Positions 1 through 7,437 of a DNA stretch of 14,126 nt are shown here, piece after piece; the first letter of the stretch is position 1, and each line of letters begins with the position of its first letter. The stretch comes from a virus. The notes under the pieces were generated by a model. That model did no database searches, was not told the origin of the DNA, and saw only the letters and a program-made list of their open reading frames with translations. The stretch is taken from UHGV virus genome UHGV-1734872; one strand, written 5' to 3'. Both the position numbers and the translations under genes were made by a program.

Positions 1-133
1 TGAGGGGGAATGTTTCGGCATCCGCATCGCTGGCCGTGCAGACCATGCCGACGATTGCGGTTGCTACAGTGGAAATGACGCGGGTGCCGTCGTTAATTTC
101 AAGCACCTGCACGCCGTGGTGAAAATCACTCAT
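1..133 (-). CDS. FI: Tail sheath protein, N-terminal 44 codons only (gene runs off the window start)
   Basis: Reverse complement of 1-133 translates [44 protein letters not shown], matching the N-terminus of P2 tail sheath gpFI from memory. GGAG lies 8 nt upstream of the ATG (complement of 131-133). Position directly downstream of G fits P2 order. Confidence 0.7.
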   Translation of the reverse strand, partial: MSDFHHGVQVLEINDGTRVISTVATAIVGMVCTASDADAETFPL

Positions 134-234
134 CCGGTTAACTCCGTGGTTAGTGGGCGAGTGTTATTGTCCTGGCTGGTCTGGTGAGTGGCTATTTGTC
201 GGCGATGGATAGCCGATGGCACATAAACAAATCA

Positions 235-259
235 TAAAAAAGACGGGCATCAGCCCGCC
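235..259 (-). terminator. Rho-independent terminator downstream of G (end of the V-W-J-I-H-G tail operon)
   Basis: On the minus-strand transcript: GGCGGGC-UGAU-GCCCGUC stem-loop (plus 242-259, one mismatch) followed immediately by UUUUUUAU (plus A-run 235-241). It starts about 5 nt after the G stop codon (264-266). Confidence 0.6.
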
Positions 260-263
260 TTGC

Positions 264-860
264 TTATTCTGGCTTAAGCGGCCATTCGATATCCGGTGCC
301 GTGGAGGTGTCGACCGCGTTCAGCGCCTGAATGTATTTCATCCACGCAATCAGGCTGACCTTGTCATCGTCGCTGATGATGCCGAGCTGCAGCTCAGTCT
401 GCCACAGGCTGATTGTGCTTTGCGCCTCAGCCAGCAATGCGAATTTTTGCTGCTCCGCCTCCAGCACCTGACCGCTTTTCTGCGCATCCGCATCCGTAAC
501 CCATTCGCTACCGTTCCAGCGGTCGTAAGGCGTTGATGGGGCGATAGTGGTCACATCGTCAGCATAGTCACCCGGCGTGGTAATCTTGACAGGTTTACCT
601 GTTGCCGTGTCATAAACCATTTCGCCTCGGTGGTCTGGCACCAACTCCCAGCCATCAAATCCAACAGTGCGCAGAATAGCAAAACCAGCTTCAGCCTCAC
701 CCGGTGGCGTGGTGCAGGCATTCGCGGGAATACCCACGCCCACAGCCAGAAACTCGACAGATGAAGCCAGATATTCGCGGGTTTCACCGTCGAAGTTATA
801 GACGGTCATATCACCGGCCTTCGTGGCAATGCCATTTTTATTCAGTGTTGCTTTCGCCAT
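264..860 (-). CDS. G: Tail fibre assembly (chaperone) protein
   Basis: 198-aa ORF immediately downstream of the tail fibre gene, with its start overlapping the H stop. Sequence and position are typical of the P2 gpG tail-fibre assembly family. Confidence 0.8.
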   Translation of the reverse strand: MAKATLNKNGIATKAGDMTVYNFDGETREYLASSVEFLAVGVGIPANACTTPPGEAEAGFAILRTVGFDGWELVPDHRGEMVYDTATGKPVKITTPGDYADDVTTIAPSTPYDRWNGSEWVTDADAQKSGQVLEAEQQKFALLAEAQSTISLWQTELQLGIISDDDKVSLIAWMKYIQALNAVDTSTAPDIEWPLKPE

Positions 861-1903
861 TATGCCGCCCTCACGATGTAGTTAAATGCAATGTTGCGTG
901 GTCGGTTTTCTGCTGCGGTCGGCACTATGCGGGACGCTGCAAAATCCCAGTAAAACCAGTTTGTTGAGATTGAACCTGATGTTGCACCAGCCGCATATAC
1001 CCGCCCACCAACGCTATTAATTTTTATAGCCCCCACACCATCAGTGGACTTAATTTCACCATTAGCCAGCCATCCGTTGTAATTACTTACAGCGGTTCCC
1101 CCTGTAATATCCCTGATAGCATCGCCCTGCGATGTCAGAATTCCACGACCGCTATCAACACCACGTCCGTCATCCCACCCGCGCAAAAACTCACCGCGCA
1201 AATCAGGCAGATTACCGGATGGATAAGCGACGGCCAGCTTTGGATATTTCGCCTTGTCAAAAGCCGCACCGTTGCATTTCAGCCAGCCATCTGGCGGCGT
1301 TGCCTGCGGCCACGGCAGCGGAAACCCGACCGGAATATATTTATCAATATCCGCTGTCTTGAGGTACTGAGCGTGCGGGTCTGCAGCGGCGAGATGTGCG
1401 GCCAGCAGATTATCGGCATAGGCTTTCACCTCAATAACCTTATCGTCGACATACTGGCGCGTTGCCAGCACGACCGACGGGTCGATTTTCAGGGTAATAG
1501 CCGACGTGCTCGACACAATCAGAATCATGCGAATGGTCTGCGTGCGGCCGCTTCCCTCCTGCAGTTGCGGCTTGTAGGTTTCCGGGCAGTTCGCCACGGC
1601 AATAAGTACACCGGCATCATCATAGAGACCAATCTCGCGGATCCAGAAACCGCCCTCATTCTCGGGAATAATCTGTTCCGCGATAATCTGGCTGGTATTG
1701 GCCGGGTCAACGGTCAGCAGGTTCAGCGGTGCGATGCGCTTCTGGTTAATGAGCTTCGTCTGCGCCGGGTCAGGGGTCGGCAGCGTACCATTCGCATCAC
1801 CGACGGCCATCTGCGTCAGGTTGAGTTTGGTACCGAGTGCCGCCGCGTTCGCCAGCCGCGCCGCGCCCTGATTGGTCAGAATGGCAAAATATTTTGCGGT
1901 CAT
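860..1903 (-). CDS. H: Tail fibre protein (short form; conserved P2-H-like N-terminus, collar-type C-terminal region)
   Basis: 347-aa ORF. The N-terminus MTAKYFAILTNQGAARLANA... resembles the baseplate-attachment end of P2 gpH; the C-terminal part contains a GEFLRGWDDGRGVD-type tail-collar motif. Start overlaps the I stop. Confidence 0.85.
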   Translation of the reverse strand: MTAKYFAILTNQGAARLANAAALGTKLNLTQMAVGDANGTLPTPDPAQTKLINQKRIAPLNLLTVDPANTSQIIAEQIIPENEGGFWIREIGLYDDAGVLIAVANCPETYKPQLQEGSGRTQTIRMILIVSSTSAITLKIDPSVVLATRQYVDDKVIEVKAYADNLLAAHLAAADPHAQYLKTADIDKYIPVGFPLPWPQATPPDGWLKCNGAAFDKAKYPKLAVAYPSGNLPDLRGEFLRGWDDGRGVDSGRGILTSQGDAIRDITGGTAVSNYNGWLANGEIKSTDGVGAIKINSVGGRVYAAGATSGSISTNWFYWDFAASRIVPTAAENRPRNIAFNYIVRAA

Positions 1904-2508
1904 GCGTTCACTCTCAGGTTATCAATCAAATGGATGGCCGAGGCCGGATAATATTCACCACCAACGACAATTTCCTCGGGGGTGTAGGGGTAAACGGTCA
2001 GCGCGTCACCGTCGTAACATCCCGCGCCGACATACAGCTCGCCGGTTGCACTCAGGCTGATAGCCAGCCCGGTCAGGTGGCGGCTTGCCGGTTTGGCGTC
2101 TTCAATCAGGCGCTCAAGTTCCTGATACATTTCGTCAGTAATGCCGCTATCAAGCACACCGACAACGAGGCGGAATGTGCCTGGCTCCTCGTCGAGCTGC
2201 CACCACTCGCGCACCTCAATCAGAAAGCCGAGCGGCTCAACCACCCTACGCAATGCGCTGATGGTGCCTTTGTGCTGATGGACGAAAAACGAGGACGCGC
2301 AGACGCTGCGCTTTGTCGCCTCCGGCCACTTCTCATCCCATCTGTCGACCGACAGCGCCCACGCCAGATACGGCAGTAGCTTTACCGGGCAGGTGCGCCA
2401 GTTCCACAGGGTGCGCAGCGGTACCGGCACGCGCTGAATCTCAGAGAGCGCGGCAGCGGCGGCAACCTCCAGCGACGACGAGCCAACGGGTAACAGCCGG
2501 TCACTCAT
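1900..2508 (-). CDS. I: Baseplate assembly protein gpI
   Basis: 202-aa ORF. Position between J and H and its sequence are consistent with P2 gpI. Start overlaps the 3' end of J by 8 nt. Confidence 0.85.
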   Translation of the reverse strand: MSDRLLPVGSSSLEVAAAAALSEIQRVPVPLRTLWNWRTCPVKLLPYLAWALSVDRWDEKWPEATKRSVCASSFFVHQHKGTISALRRVVEPLGFLIEVREWWQLDEEPGTFRLVVGVLDSGITDEMYQELERLIEDAKPASRHLTGLAISLSATGELYVGAGCYDGDALTVYPYTPEEIVVGGEYYPASAIHLIDNLRVNA

Positions 2509-3409
2509 CCGAGCCCCCGATAGTTATCTGGTACTTGGTGCAGTTCGACGCCTGCGACTTACTCAGCACAATATCGGCCTGAGGTGATGCCAGCTCGACA
2601 CGCTGCACCCCCTCAACATGCAGCGCCGCGTAAATGGCCGACAGACGGATATCACGCCCGAGGCGGTGCTGCGCGCTGATGTAGCTCTGCAGCTTCTGCT
2701 CTGATGCCTGCCTGATGGGCTCAGATTCGGGGCCGGGGTAAACGTAGAGCGTCGCGTCAATCTGGTACGGCACAATCTCGGCTGACTGGACGGTCACCCG
2801 ATCGGCCACCGGGCGCACATCTTCGGCGTTCAGAGCTTTATCAACAATCGCCAGTAGTTCAGCGCTGGCAGTGCCGTCACCCTCGCGCGATAGCACGGTA
2901 ATCGTCACGCAGGCTGGCGACGGACTTGCGACTGAGACGTCAGCGACCCGCCCGTCGGCGCTGCGACCGTGATACTCATATGCGCCGACCGGCCCCGCCA
3001 CGCTCAAGCCCTCAAACGCCTGTTGCGTGCGCAGACGCAGGTCGGTATCGGATTCCATAACGGCAGGTGTCGGCGGGATAGTGGTGTCATCCGCCGGGGT
3101 GATGGTCAGGCGCTCGGTATTGTTGTTCCCTGCCACGACGTCGAGGTCATTACCGGCGGAATAGGCCAGCGTCACCGCCTGCGCGGCTTCGTTCACTCGC
3201 TGACGCCAGATAACCTCACGGTAGGCGTTTTCCTGCAGCAGCTTAACAACCGGCTCAGACTCAAGCGCGAGCGTCCGGGCGACGGCTTCCTGCTGGTCTT
3301 CTGGATAGAGCGAAATCAGCGTCGCAATGCGTTCCGCAAGGATAGTTTCATAGTCCAGTTCCTCGACCACATCGGGAACAGGTAGCAGGCTCAGGTCAAC
3401 AGTTGCCAT
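2501..3409 (-). CDS. J: Baseplate protein gpJ (baseplate wedge)
   Basis: 302-aa ORF, the same length as P2 gpJ as I recall it, with conserved position W-J-I. Baseplate_J family by similarity. Confidence 0.88.
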   Translation of the reverse strand: MATVDLSLLPVPDVVEELDYETILAERIATLISLYPEDQQEAVARTLALESEPVVKLLQENAYREVIWRQRVNEAAQAVTLAYSAGNDLDVVAGNNNTERLTITPADDTTIPPTPAVMESDTDLRLRTQQAFEGLSVAGPVGAYEYHGRSADGRVADVSVASPSPACVTITVLSREGDGTASAELLAIVDKALNAEDVRPVADRVTVQSAEIVPYQIDATLYVYPGPESEPIRQASEQKLQSYISAQHRLGRDIRLSAIYAALHVEGVQRVELASPQADIVLSKSQASNCTKYQITIGGSDE

Positions 3410-3415
3410 AGTGAT

Positions 3416-3763
3416 TTAACTCAGTGAAACAGTGGTTGAAACTGACGCACCGGTATCGGTACGCACCCCGGTAATATCGACATACATTTCGCCAGTGTCG
3501 CCGTGCTCAAAGCTGATGGATGTAAGCCTGATACGTGGTTCCCACTTCTGGATCGCGGAATAGCACGCCACCATGATTTGCAGCCTGAGCGCCGGGGTTT
3601 GTGGCATATCAATCAGCGCAGACAGGAGCGAGCCATATTCACGGCGCATTACCCGCGAGCCGACCGGCGTCAGCAGAATGTCGCGCATGCTCTGGCTGAT
3701 ATGCTCACTGTCACGGATAGCGAGGCCGGTATTGCGGTTCATCCCCATATAACGCGCCGTCAT
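3416..3763 (-). CDS. W: Baseplate protein gpW (GPW/gp25 family)
   Basis: 115-aa ORF, the same length as P2 gpW as I recall it. Its start overlaps the V stop in an ATGA-type junction. Confidence 0.88.
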   Translation of the reverse strand: MTARYMGMNRNTGLAIRDSEHISQSMRDILLTPVGSRVMRREYGSLLSALIDMPQTPALRLQIMVACYSAIQKWEPRIRLTSISFEHGDTGEMYVDITGVRTDTGASVSTTVSLS

Positions 3764-4401
3764 TTAGTGCCCTCCGTCCAGCTCCCGCCCCGTTGCACGC
3801 CACCGTGACCGTGGTCATCAACCTGCACACCGTTTGATTTCAACGTGCCGCCGGTATGTTCGATATTTCCCCGCATGGTGCCGCCTTTCTGCACCTCAAG
3901 CGTCGCCGTCGTCAGTTTGTTGGTGCAGACCACCTCCGGGCTGTCGAGGGTGATGCGGGTTTCTGCTTTCACAAGCACCACCGGCACAGTGGCGGTGATG
4001 GACTCCGATGCCGTCACATCAGCAGTCTTAATGCCACTGACCGTCAGCGCACCGGTTTCCGGCTCATACTCCATAACCGCGCCATCAGGGAACACCACAT
4101 GCCACGCATCCGCCGAGGCAGACGGGGCGGGGTTATCGTCTGAGAAAATCCCCGGCAGCACGAAAGCGGTATCAAGCTCGCCACCAATCGCCAGCAGCAG
4201 TACCTGCTCACCGACCGAGGGAGCCCACCATGTACGCGAACGACCGGCGCGGGTAGTAAGCCAGTTCAGCCATGTAGTCTGGATCCCGCCGCTTTGTACG
4301 CGGCACAGCCCCTGCACGGTATCGACCTCAGTCACCACACCTGAGCGGATGAGATTGCGAATTGCACGAGCTAGTTCTTGAATGCTGTTTAGTGTGTTCA
4401 T
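3760..4401 (-). CDS. V: Baseplate spike / assembly protein gpV
   Basis: 213-aa ORF starting MNTLNSIQELARAIRNLIRSG..., containing the RAGRSRTWWAPSVGEQVLLLAIGGELDTAFVLPGIF block that matches P2 gpV from memory. No obvious Shine-Dalgarno sequence precedes the ATG. Confidence 0.9.
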   Translation of the reverse strand: MNTLNSIQELARAIRNLIRSGVVTEVDTVQGLCRVQSGGIQTTWLNWLTTRAGRSRTWWAPSVGEQVLLLAIGGELDTAFVLPGIFSDDNPAPSASADAWHVVFPDGAVMEYEPETGALTVSGIKTADVTASESITATVPVVLVKAETRITLDSPEVVCTNKLTTATLEVQKGGTMRGNIEHTGGTLKSNGVQVDDHGHGGVQRGGSWTEGTK

Positions 4402-4589
4402 GTAGCAAGAATGACGCAGTTAAAACTATGGGGCTACCGAGGGAAAATTGTTCAGCAATGGGACAACAAACATCGAGGTCTAGACCTTAAAAAAACAGCC
4501 TTGTTCTAGATCGCCCTTCCAATTACACTTGATTTAATCTCGACAGAGATGGAATTCTAAATGGCTAGCTTATAATTCAGGATTGAAAA
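4402..4589. promoter_or_regulatory. Divergent intergenic control region between V (minus) and the moron ORF (plus); expected site of the V late promoter and the moron promoter
   Basis: 188-bp spacer of lower GC. It contains a perfect TATAAT at 4571-4576, probably too close to the ATG to be the -10 box for the moron since it lies upstream of the AGGA at 4579-4582. A weak TTGTTC-N17-TACACT candidate lies at 4501-4529. A GGTCTAGACC palindrome (4477-4486) and a second TCTAGA (4505-4510) are present. Promoters are not resolved with confidence. Confidence 0.35.
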
Positions 4590-5453
4590 ATGGAAGAATC
4601 TAAAAGAATACGCCAATTAAAAGAAAACCTCATAAAGGAACTACCTTTCTTTCCAAATGAAAAATCAATACGCACTGAACTAGAAAATCAAAGTTTAAAT
4701 GGGGTTTTAATCGCTTACCTCCACTGGAAAACAAGAATTGTGCCGACCCGCAGAAGGAGAGTTCATATATATCCAGAAGTAACGAGCGATAAAAGATGGA
4801 AAGAACTAAAACTTGGTATTCATGGGTTACTGGATAAGGTCAGAAAAGGTGAAGACTTATACCCTCATCTTTCATTGCGCGCACATAAGTATGGCTACAC
4901 TCCTGTTGAAAGAATTCGTAATGGAGATGCTGATTCATGGGAAGACAAAGATCAGTTATTAAATACGAAAGGTTTTCATCATTTTCATTTGAGCATGAAT
5001 ATTCAAAGTACAGGCTTGGCCGAAAGGACAAATAATGTTCTTTTTGCCTTCGTTTCTCGCGACCAGTTTCGTGCTGTGGGGATATTTGATCATAGTGTAT
5101 TTGATAAACCCGATAGTTTAAATGGCATGACTGAGGAACGTGAAAGAATGTGGACCCTGCATGAAAAATACATCACATTCGGAATGAAAGCTGGCACAGT
5201 GTATATAAACAATCTGATAACAGCATCCGGGCATCCTGTAAATCTTATCATGCTCGCCGATCGTTATGCTGCAATCATCCGAGAATATGACCAGAAGGCG
5301 GAAGACAGAATTTTTGTAAATGAGCTTTATGCTCAAAGCCCACTTCCCTCTCCAGAAAGGTTTAAATTTGAGTGGCGCATAGAGGGTTTGGATCTTGTTC
5401 TTTTTGATAAAAAAAACAGAGTGGCCTTTAACGTCTACAAAGCTCACATTTAA
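4590..5453 (+). CDS. Hypothetical protein of unknown function; AT-rich moron on the strand opposite the phage late genes
   Basis: 287-aa uninterrupted ORF in DNA of roughly 35-40% GC (two 60-nt lines counted by hand gave 33% and 43%), where random long ORFs are unlikely. AGGA lies 7 nt upstream of the ATG. Flanking phage genes are about 55-65% GC. A perfect hairpin follows immediately. I recognise no family or catalytic motif. Confidence 0.8.
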   Translation: MEESKRIRQLKENLIKELPFFPNEKSIRTELENQSLNGVLIAYLHWKTRIVPTRRRRVHIYPEVTSDKRWKELKLGIHGLLDKVRKGEDLYPHLSLRAHKYGYTPVERIRNGDADSWEDKDQLLNTKGFHHFHLSMNIQSTGLAERTNNVLFAFVSRDQFRAVGIFDHSVFDKPDSLNGMTEERERMWTLHEKYITFGMKAGTVYINNLITASGHPVNLIMLADRYAAIIREYDQKAEDRIFVNELYAQSPLPSPERFKFEWRIEGLDLVLFDKKNRVAFNVYKAHI

Positions 5454-5470
5454 GCATGTGAATATATTTT

Positions 5471-5500
5471 TCTCTGCTGCTATTAAATTAGCAGCAGAGA
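5471..5500. terminator. Perfect 12-bp stem / 6-nt loop hairpin between the convergent moron ORF and S; putative bidirectional terminator
   Basis: TCTCTGCTGCTA-TTAAAT-TAGCAGCAGAGA, perfectly complementary arms, AT-rich flanks (TATATTTTTC upstream). It sits 18 nt after the moron stop and 10 nt after the S stop. No clean U-tract on either strand, so terminator function is inferred. Confidence 0.5.
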
Positions 5501-5509
5501 ATTAATCAA

Positions 5510-5962
5510 TTATCTTAGGAAAAGATACTGTAAGACCACTTCCTCCATCAATGTCACTTCATCTTGGTTAAATCCGAGCAACGGGCGCGCCTCGTACTGC
5601 ACATCGCGGCTGTTGCGGTTTGGCCGGTCTTTGAGGCCATACTGATGCACCCGCGCCATGCGCTGCACCCTGCCGGTAAACTCCACCACAGCCGAACTGT
5701 CGCTGCCTTTGGCTTTCATAAAACGACTGGTGCGCAGTCTGGTGAACATCTCGCGCTTAATGCGGCCTTTCTTGCTCCGCACAGGCTGGCGCTTTCGCGC
5801 GGCATACGGGGTGCCGTCGGGTGCCTGCTGCCGCTTAATTCGCTGTTGCTGGCTGGCGCGCAGCTTTTTCGCAATCTCAGCCGCCATTTGACGACGCGCC
5901 GCCGGTGACAGGCTGGCAATCAGACCGGCAAGGCGCTCCTGCAGCACGGTTAACTCACTCAT
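5510..5962 (-). CDS. S: Tail completion / virion morphogenesis protein gpS
   Basis: 150-aa ORF; MSELTVLQERLAGLIASLSPAARRQMAAEIAKKLRASQQQRIKRQQAPDGTPYA... matches the P2 gpS family. Position R-S is conserved. The last ~21 codons lie in AT-rich DNA. Confidence 0.88.
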   Translation of the reverse strand: MSELTVLQERLAGLIASLSPAARRQMAAEIAKKLRASQQQRIKRQQAPDGTPYAARKRQPVRSKKGRIKREMFTRLRTSRFMKAKGSDSSAVVEFTGRVQRMARVHQYGLKDRPNRNSRDVQYEARPLLGFNQDEVTLMEEVVLQYLFLR

Positions 5963-6422
5963 CCCACTTACTCACCAGCTCACCGTTAACGTACAGCTCG
6001 ACCGGGCGCGTCACCGGCTCAGGCAGCGACGGTTCCGGCGCATAGCTGACGTGCAGTGCGCCGTCGACCTCTTTGACGAGCGTGCGCTCGGTGAGTCTCA
6101 GGCTGATACTGATATCGAGCGAATCGTCATTATTGATATCAATCATCCAGGTGAATCCTTTCTCCCGCCCGTCGTCGGTGGTCATAATGTCCGGCTGATG
6201 TTCACGCAGCCACGCCTGCACCGGCACGAATATCAAATCGAGGTCGCCGGTGAAGTCAGTCACCACCACGTTAAGCACGTACACTTTTTCAAACGACAGC
6301 GAGCTCGCCAGTCGGGAATCCGTATGCCCGTTATCAGCGAACAGGCGCAGCATATCGGGATTATTTCGGAGCTGCGGCACGGCGTTAATCAGCGCTTTGC
6401 GCAGGCTTTTGTGCTTCTGCAT
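5955..6422 (-). CDS. R: Tail completion protein gpR
   Basis: ORF 5955-6467 in the track. The preferred start is the Met of MQKHKSLRKALINAVPQL... at 6422, with AGGA 8 nt upstream, giving 155 aa, the length I recall for P2 gpR. An alternative start is at 6431. Confidence 0.8.
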   Translation of the reverse strand: MQKHKSLRKALINAVPQLRNNPDMLRLFADNGHTDSRLASSLSFEKVYVLNVVVTDFTGDLDLIFVPVQAWLREHQPDIMTTDDGREKGFTWMIDINNDDSLDISISLRLTERTLVKEVDGALHVSYAPEPSLPEPVTRPVELYVNGELVSKWDE

Positions 6423-6675
6423 CGAGTTCATCCTGACAGTGTTTGACGGTTTTGACCTGCAGCGCACAGGCAGTCAGCGCGCCCTCAAGACGGCGAATAT
6501 CCGCGCTCAGGTCACCATTTGTTTTTGGGTCACTTCCCGGCATCGGGCAAAGGCTCACCTTCGGGCATCCGTTGACCACAATCACCTGCGCTGGCGCAGG
6601 CGGGGCGGGTGTGCAGCCGACGCACAACATCAGGCAGAGCAGCGTTATACCAGCGGCGAAAGGCTTCATTCTCAT
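6385..6675 (-). CDS. lysC: Outer-membrane spanin lipoprotein (Rz1-like, o-spanin), embedded out of frame in lysB and extending into R
   Basis: MRMKPFAAGITLLCLMLCVGCTPAPPAPAQ... shows a signal peptide plus lipobox (LCVGC) followed by a proline-rich segment. It starts inside lysB in another frame and overlaps the R start, the P2 lysB/lysC arrangement. GAGG lies 7 nt upstream. Confidence 0.75.
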   Translation of the reverse strand: MRMKPFAAGITLLCLMLCVGCTPAPPAPAQVIVVNGCPKVSLCPMPGSDPKTNGDLSADIRRLEGALTACALQVKTVKHCQDELDAEAQKPAQSAD

Positions 6676-6943
6676 TAAGTAACCTCGTTATCGTCTGCTC
6701 ACGGCGGCTGGCTTCTGCGCTTGCCTTTGCGAGCTGTTCGCGCAGTGCCACCTGCGCGGATTCATTACGTCTGGCGAGCTGACCGGCAACACTGAGCTGA
6801 TTTTTCAGCATGCCAATCGTCGTCTTTTGCTCGCTCGCGACACGGTTTGCCGTCTCAAAGGAGCGGGATAAATTGCCGTTCTCATGACGCAACCACAGCA
6901 GCCCGAGCACGGCCAGCACAAGCAGCGTTATCAGGACTTTCAT
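6530..6943 (-). CDS. lysB: Inner-membrane spanin (Rz-like, i-spanin)
   Basis: The start is taken at MKVLITLLVLAVLGLLWL (N-terminal transmembrane helix) at 6943, with GGTGG upstream, rather than the upstream extension in the ORF track. A coiled-coil-like charged region follows. The start overlaps the K stop. Confidence 0.8.
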   Translation of the reverse strand: MKVLITLLVLAVLGLLWLRHENGNLSRSFETANRVASEQKTTIGMLKNQLSVAGQLARRNESAQVALREQLAKASAEASRREQTITRLLNENEAFRRWYNAALPDVVRRLHTRPACASAGDCGQRMPEGEPLPDAGK

Positions 6944-7437
6944 GCCACCACCCCGCCAGCCGTGCGCCAGACAGTGACCAGTTTTTCGAGGCTGTGCTCG
7001 CGCTGGCCGTAACCGGCACCCGGTAATGACGCCCAGATATTGCGACAACGGGAAACAGCACGCTCAATACGCCCCGCCCGGATATCATCAATAGCGCCAC
7101 GCTCCCGGATTAACTGGAGCGCGAGCTTGTCCTGCGACAGTGGGCTGAAATCAGGCAGTGAGAGCTGTTTTTTATAGTGCGGCCAGAACAGATAAAGCTG
7201 CTGGTAACGCCCCGATGCCGTGGATTTCTCGCCACGGCGATTAAACACTTTCGGTGGTCGGCCATGTGCGAAAGGGTGGTCGCTGTAATCGGTGAAAATC
7301 TCTGGCTTACCATCAAGGCCGGTGACAATGACGTCATAGCCACGGTTTTTCGTCAGCGGATGGTTCGCTGTTCCTTCGGAATACGCCAGCATGTCCAGAA
7401 AGGCGGCGATATTCTGGTGAGTATTAATGACCGGCAT
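6940..7437 (-). CDS. K: Endolysin (phage lysozyme, P2 gpK family)
   Basis: From the Met of MPVINTHQNIAAFLDMLAYSEGTANHPLTKNRGYDVIVTG... (start 7437, AGGGGAAG upstream) the product is 165 aa and nearly collinear with P2 gpK from memory. The longer track ORF to 7668 is an upstream extension overlapping Y. Confidence 0.9.
   Translation of the reverse strand: MPVINTHQNIAAFLDMLAYSEGTANHPLTKNRGYDVIVTGLDGKPEIFTDYSDHPFAHGRPPKVFNRRGEKSTASGRYQQLYLFWPHYKKQLSLPDFSPLSQDKLALQLIRERGAIDDIRAGRIERAVSRCRNIWASLPGAGYGQREHSLEKLVTVWRTAGGVVA

Noticed and set aside
216-536. 106-aa plus-strand ORF at the left end
   Set aside because: It lies antisense within the G gene and the G-FI terminator region, with no ribosome-binding site and no recognisable product. 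It is a typical spurious antisense ORF in GC-rich coding DNA.
4449-4465. TGT-N11-ACA upstream of V as a possible Ogr-type late-activator box; general search for TGT-N12-ACA in the V, O/P and FI upstream regions
   Set aside because: The spacing is 11 rather than the canonical 12, internal dyad symmetry is poor, and it would sit only ~55 bp from the V start codon. No canonical TGT-N12-ACA was found by eye in 11279-11443 or 134-234. Activator sites are therefore left uncalled.
4571-4576. Perfect TATAAT hexamer as the moron -10 element
   Set aside because: It lies only 13 nt upstream of the ATG and upstream of the AGGA Shine-Dalgarno sequence at 4579-4582, so a transcript starting from it would lack the ribosome-binding site. 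There is no good -35 at 17 bp spacing. It is kept only as a possibility within the control region.
4840-5447. Two minus-strand ORFs (4840-5031 and 5118-5447) inside the AT-rich island
   Set aside because: Both are antisense to the 287-aa plus-strand ORF, lack convincing ribosome-binding sites and are short. The 287-aa frame is the only one spanning the island. I cannot fully exclude a small antisense gene, but there is no support for one.
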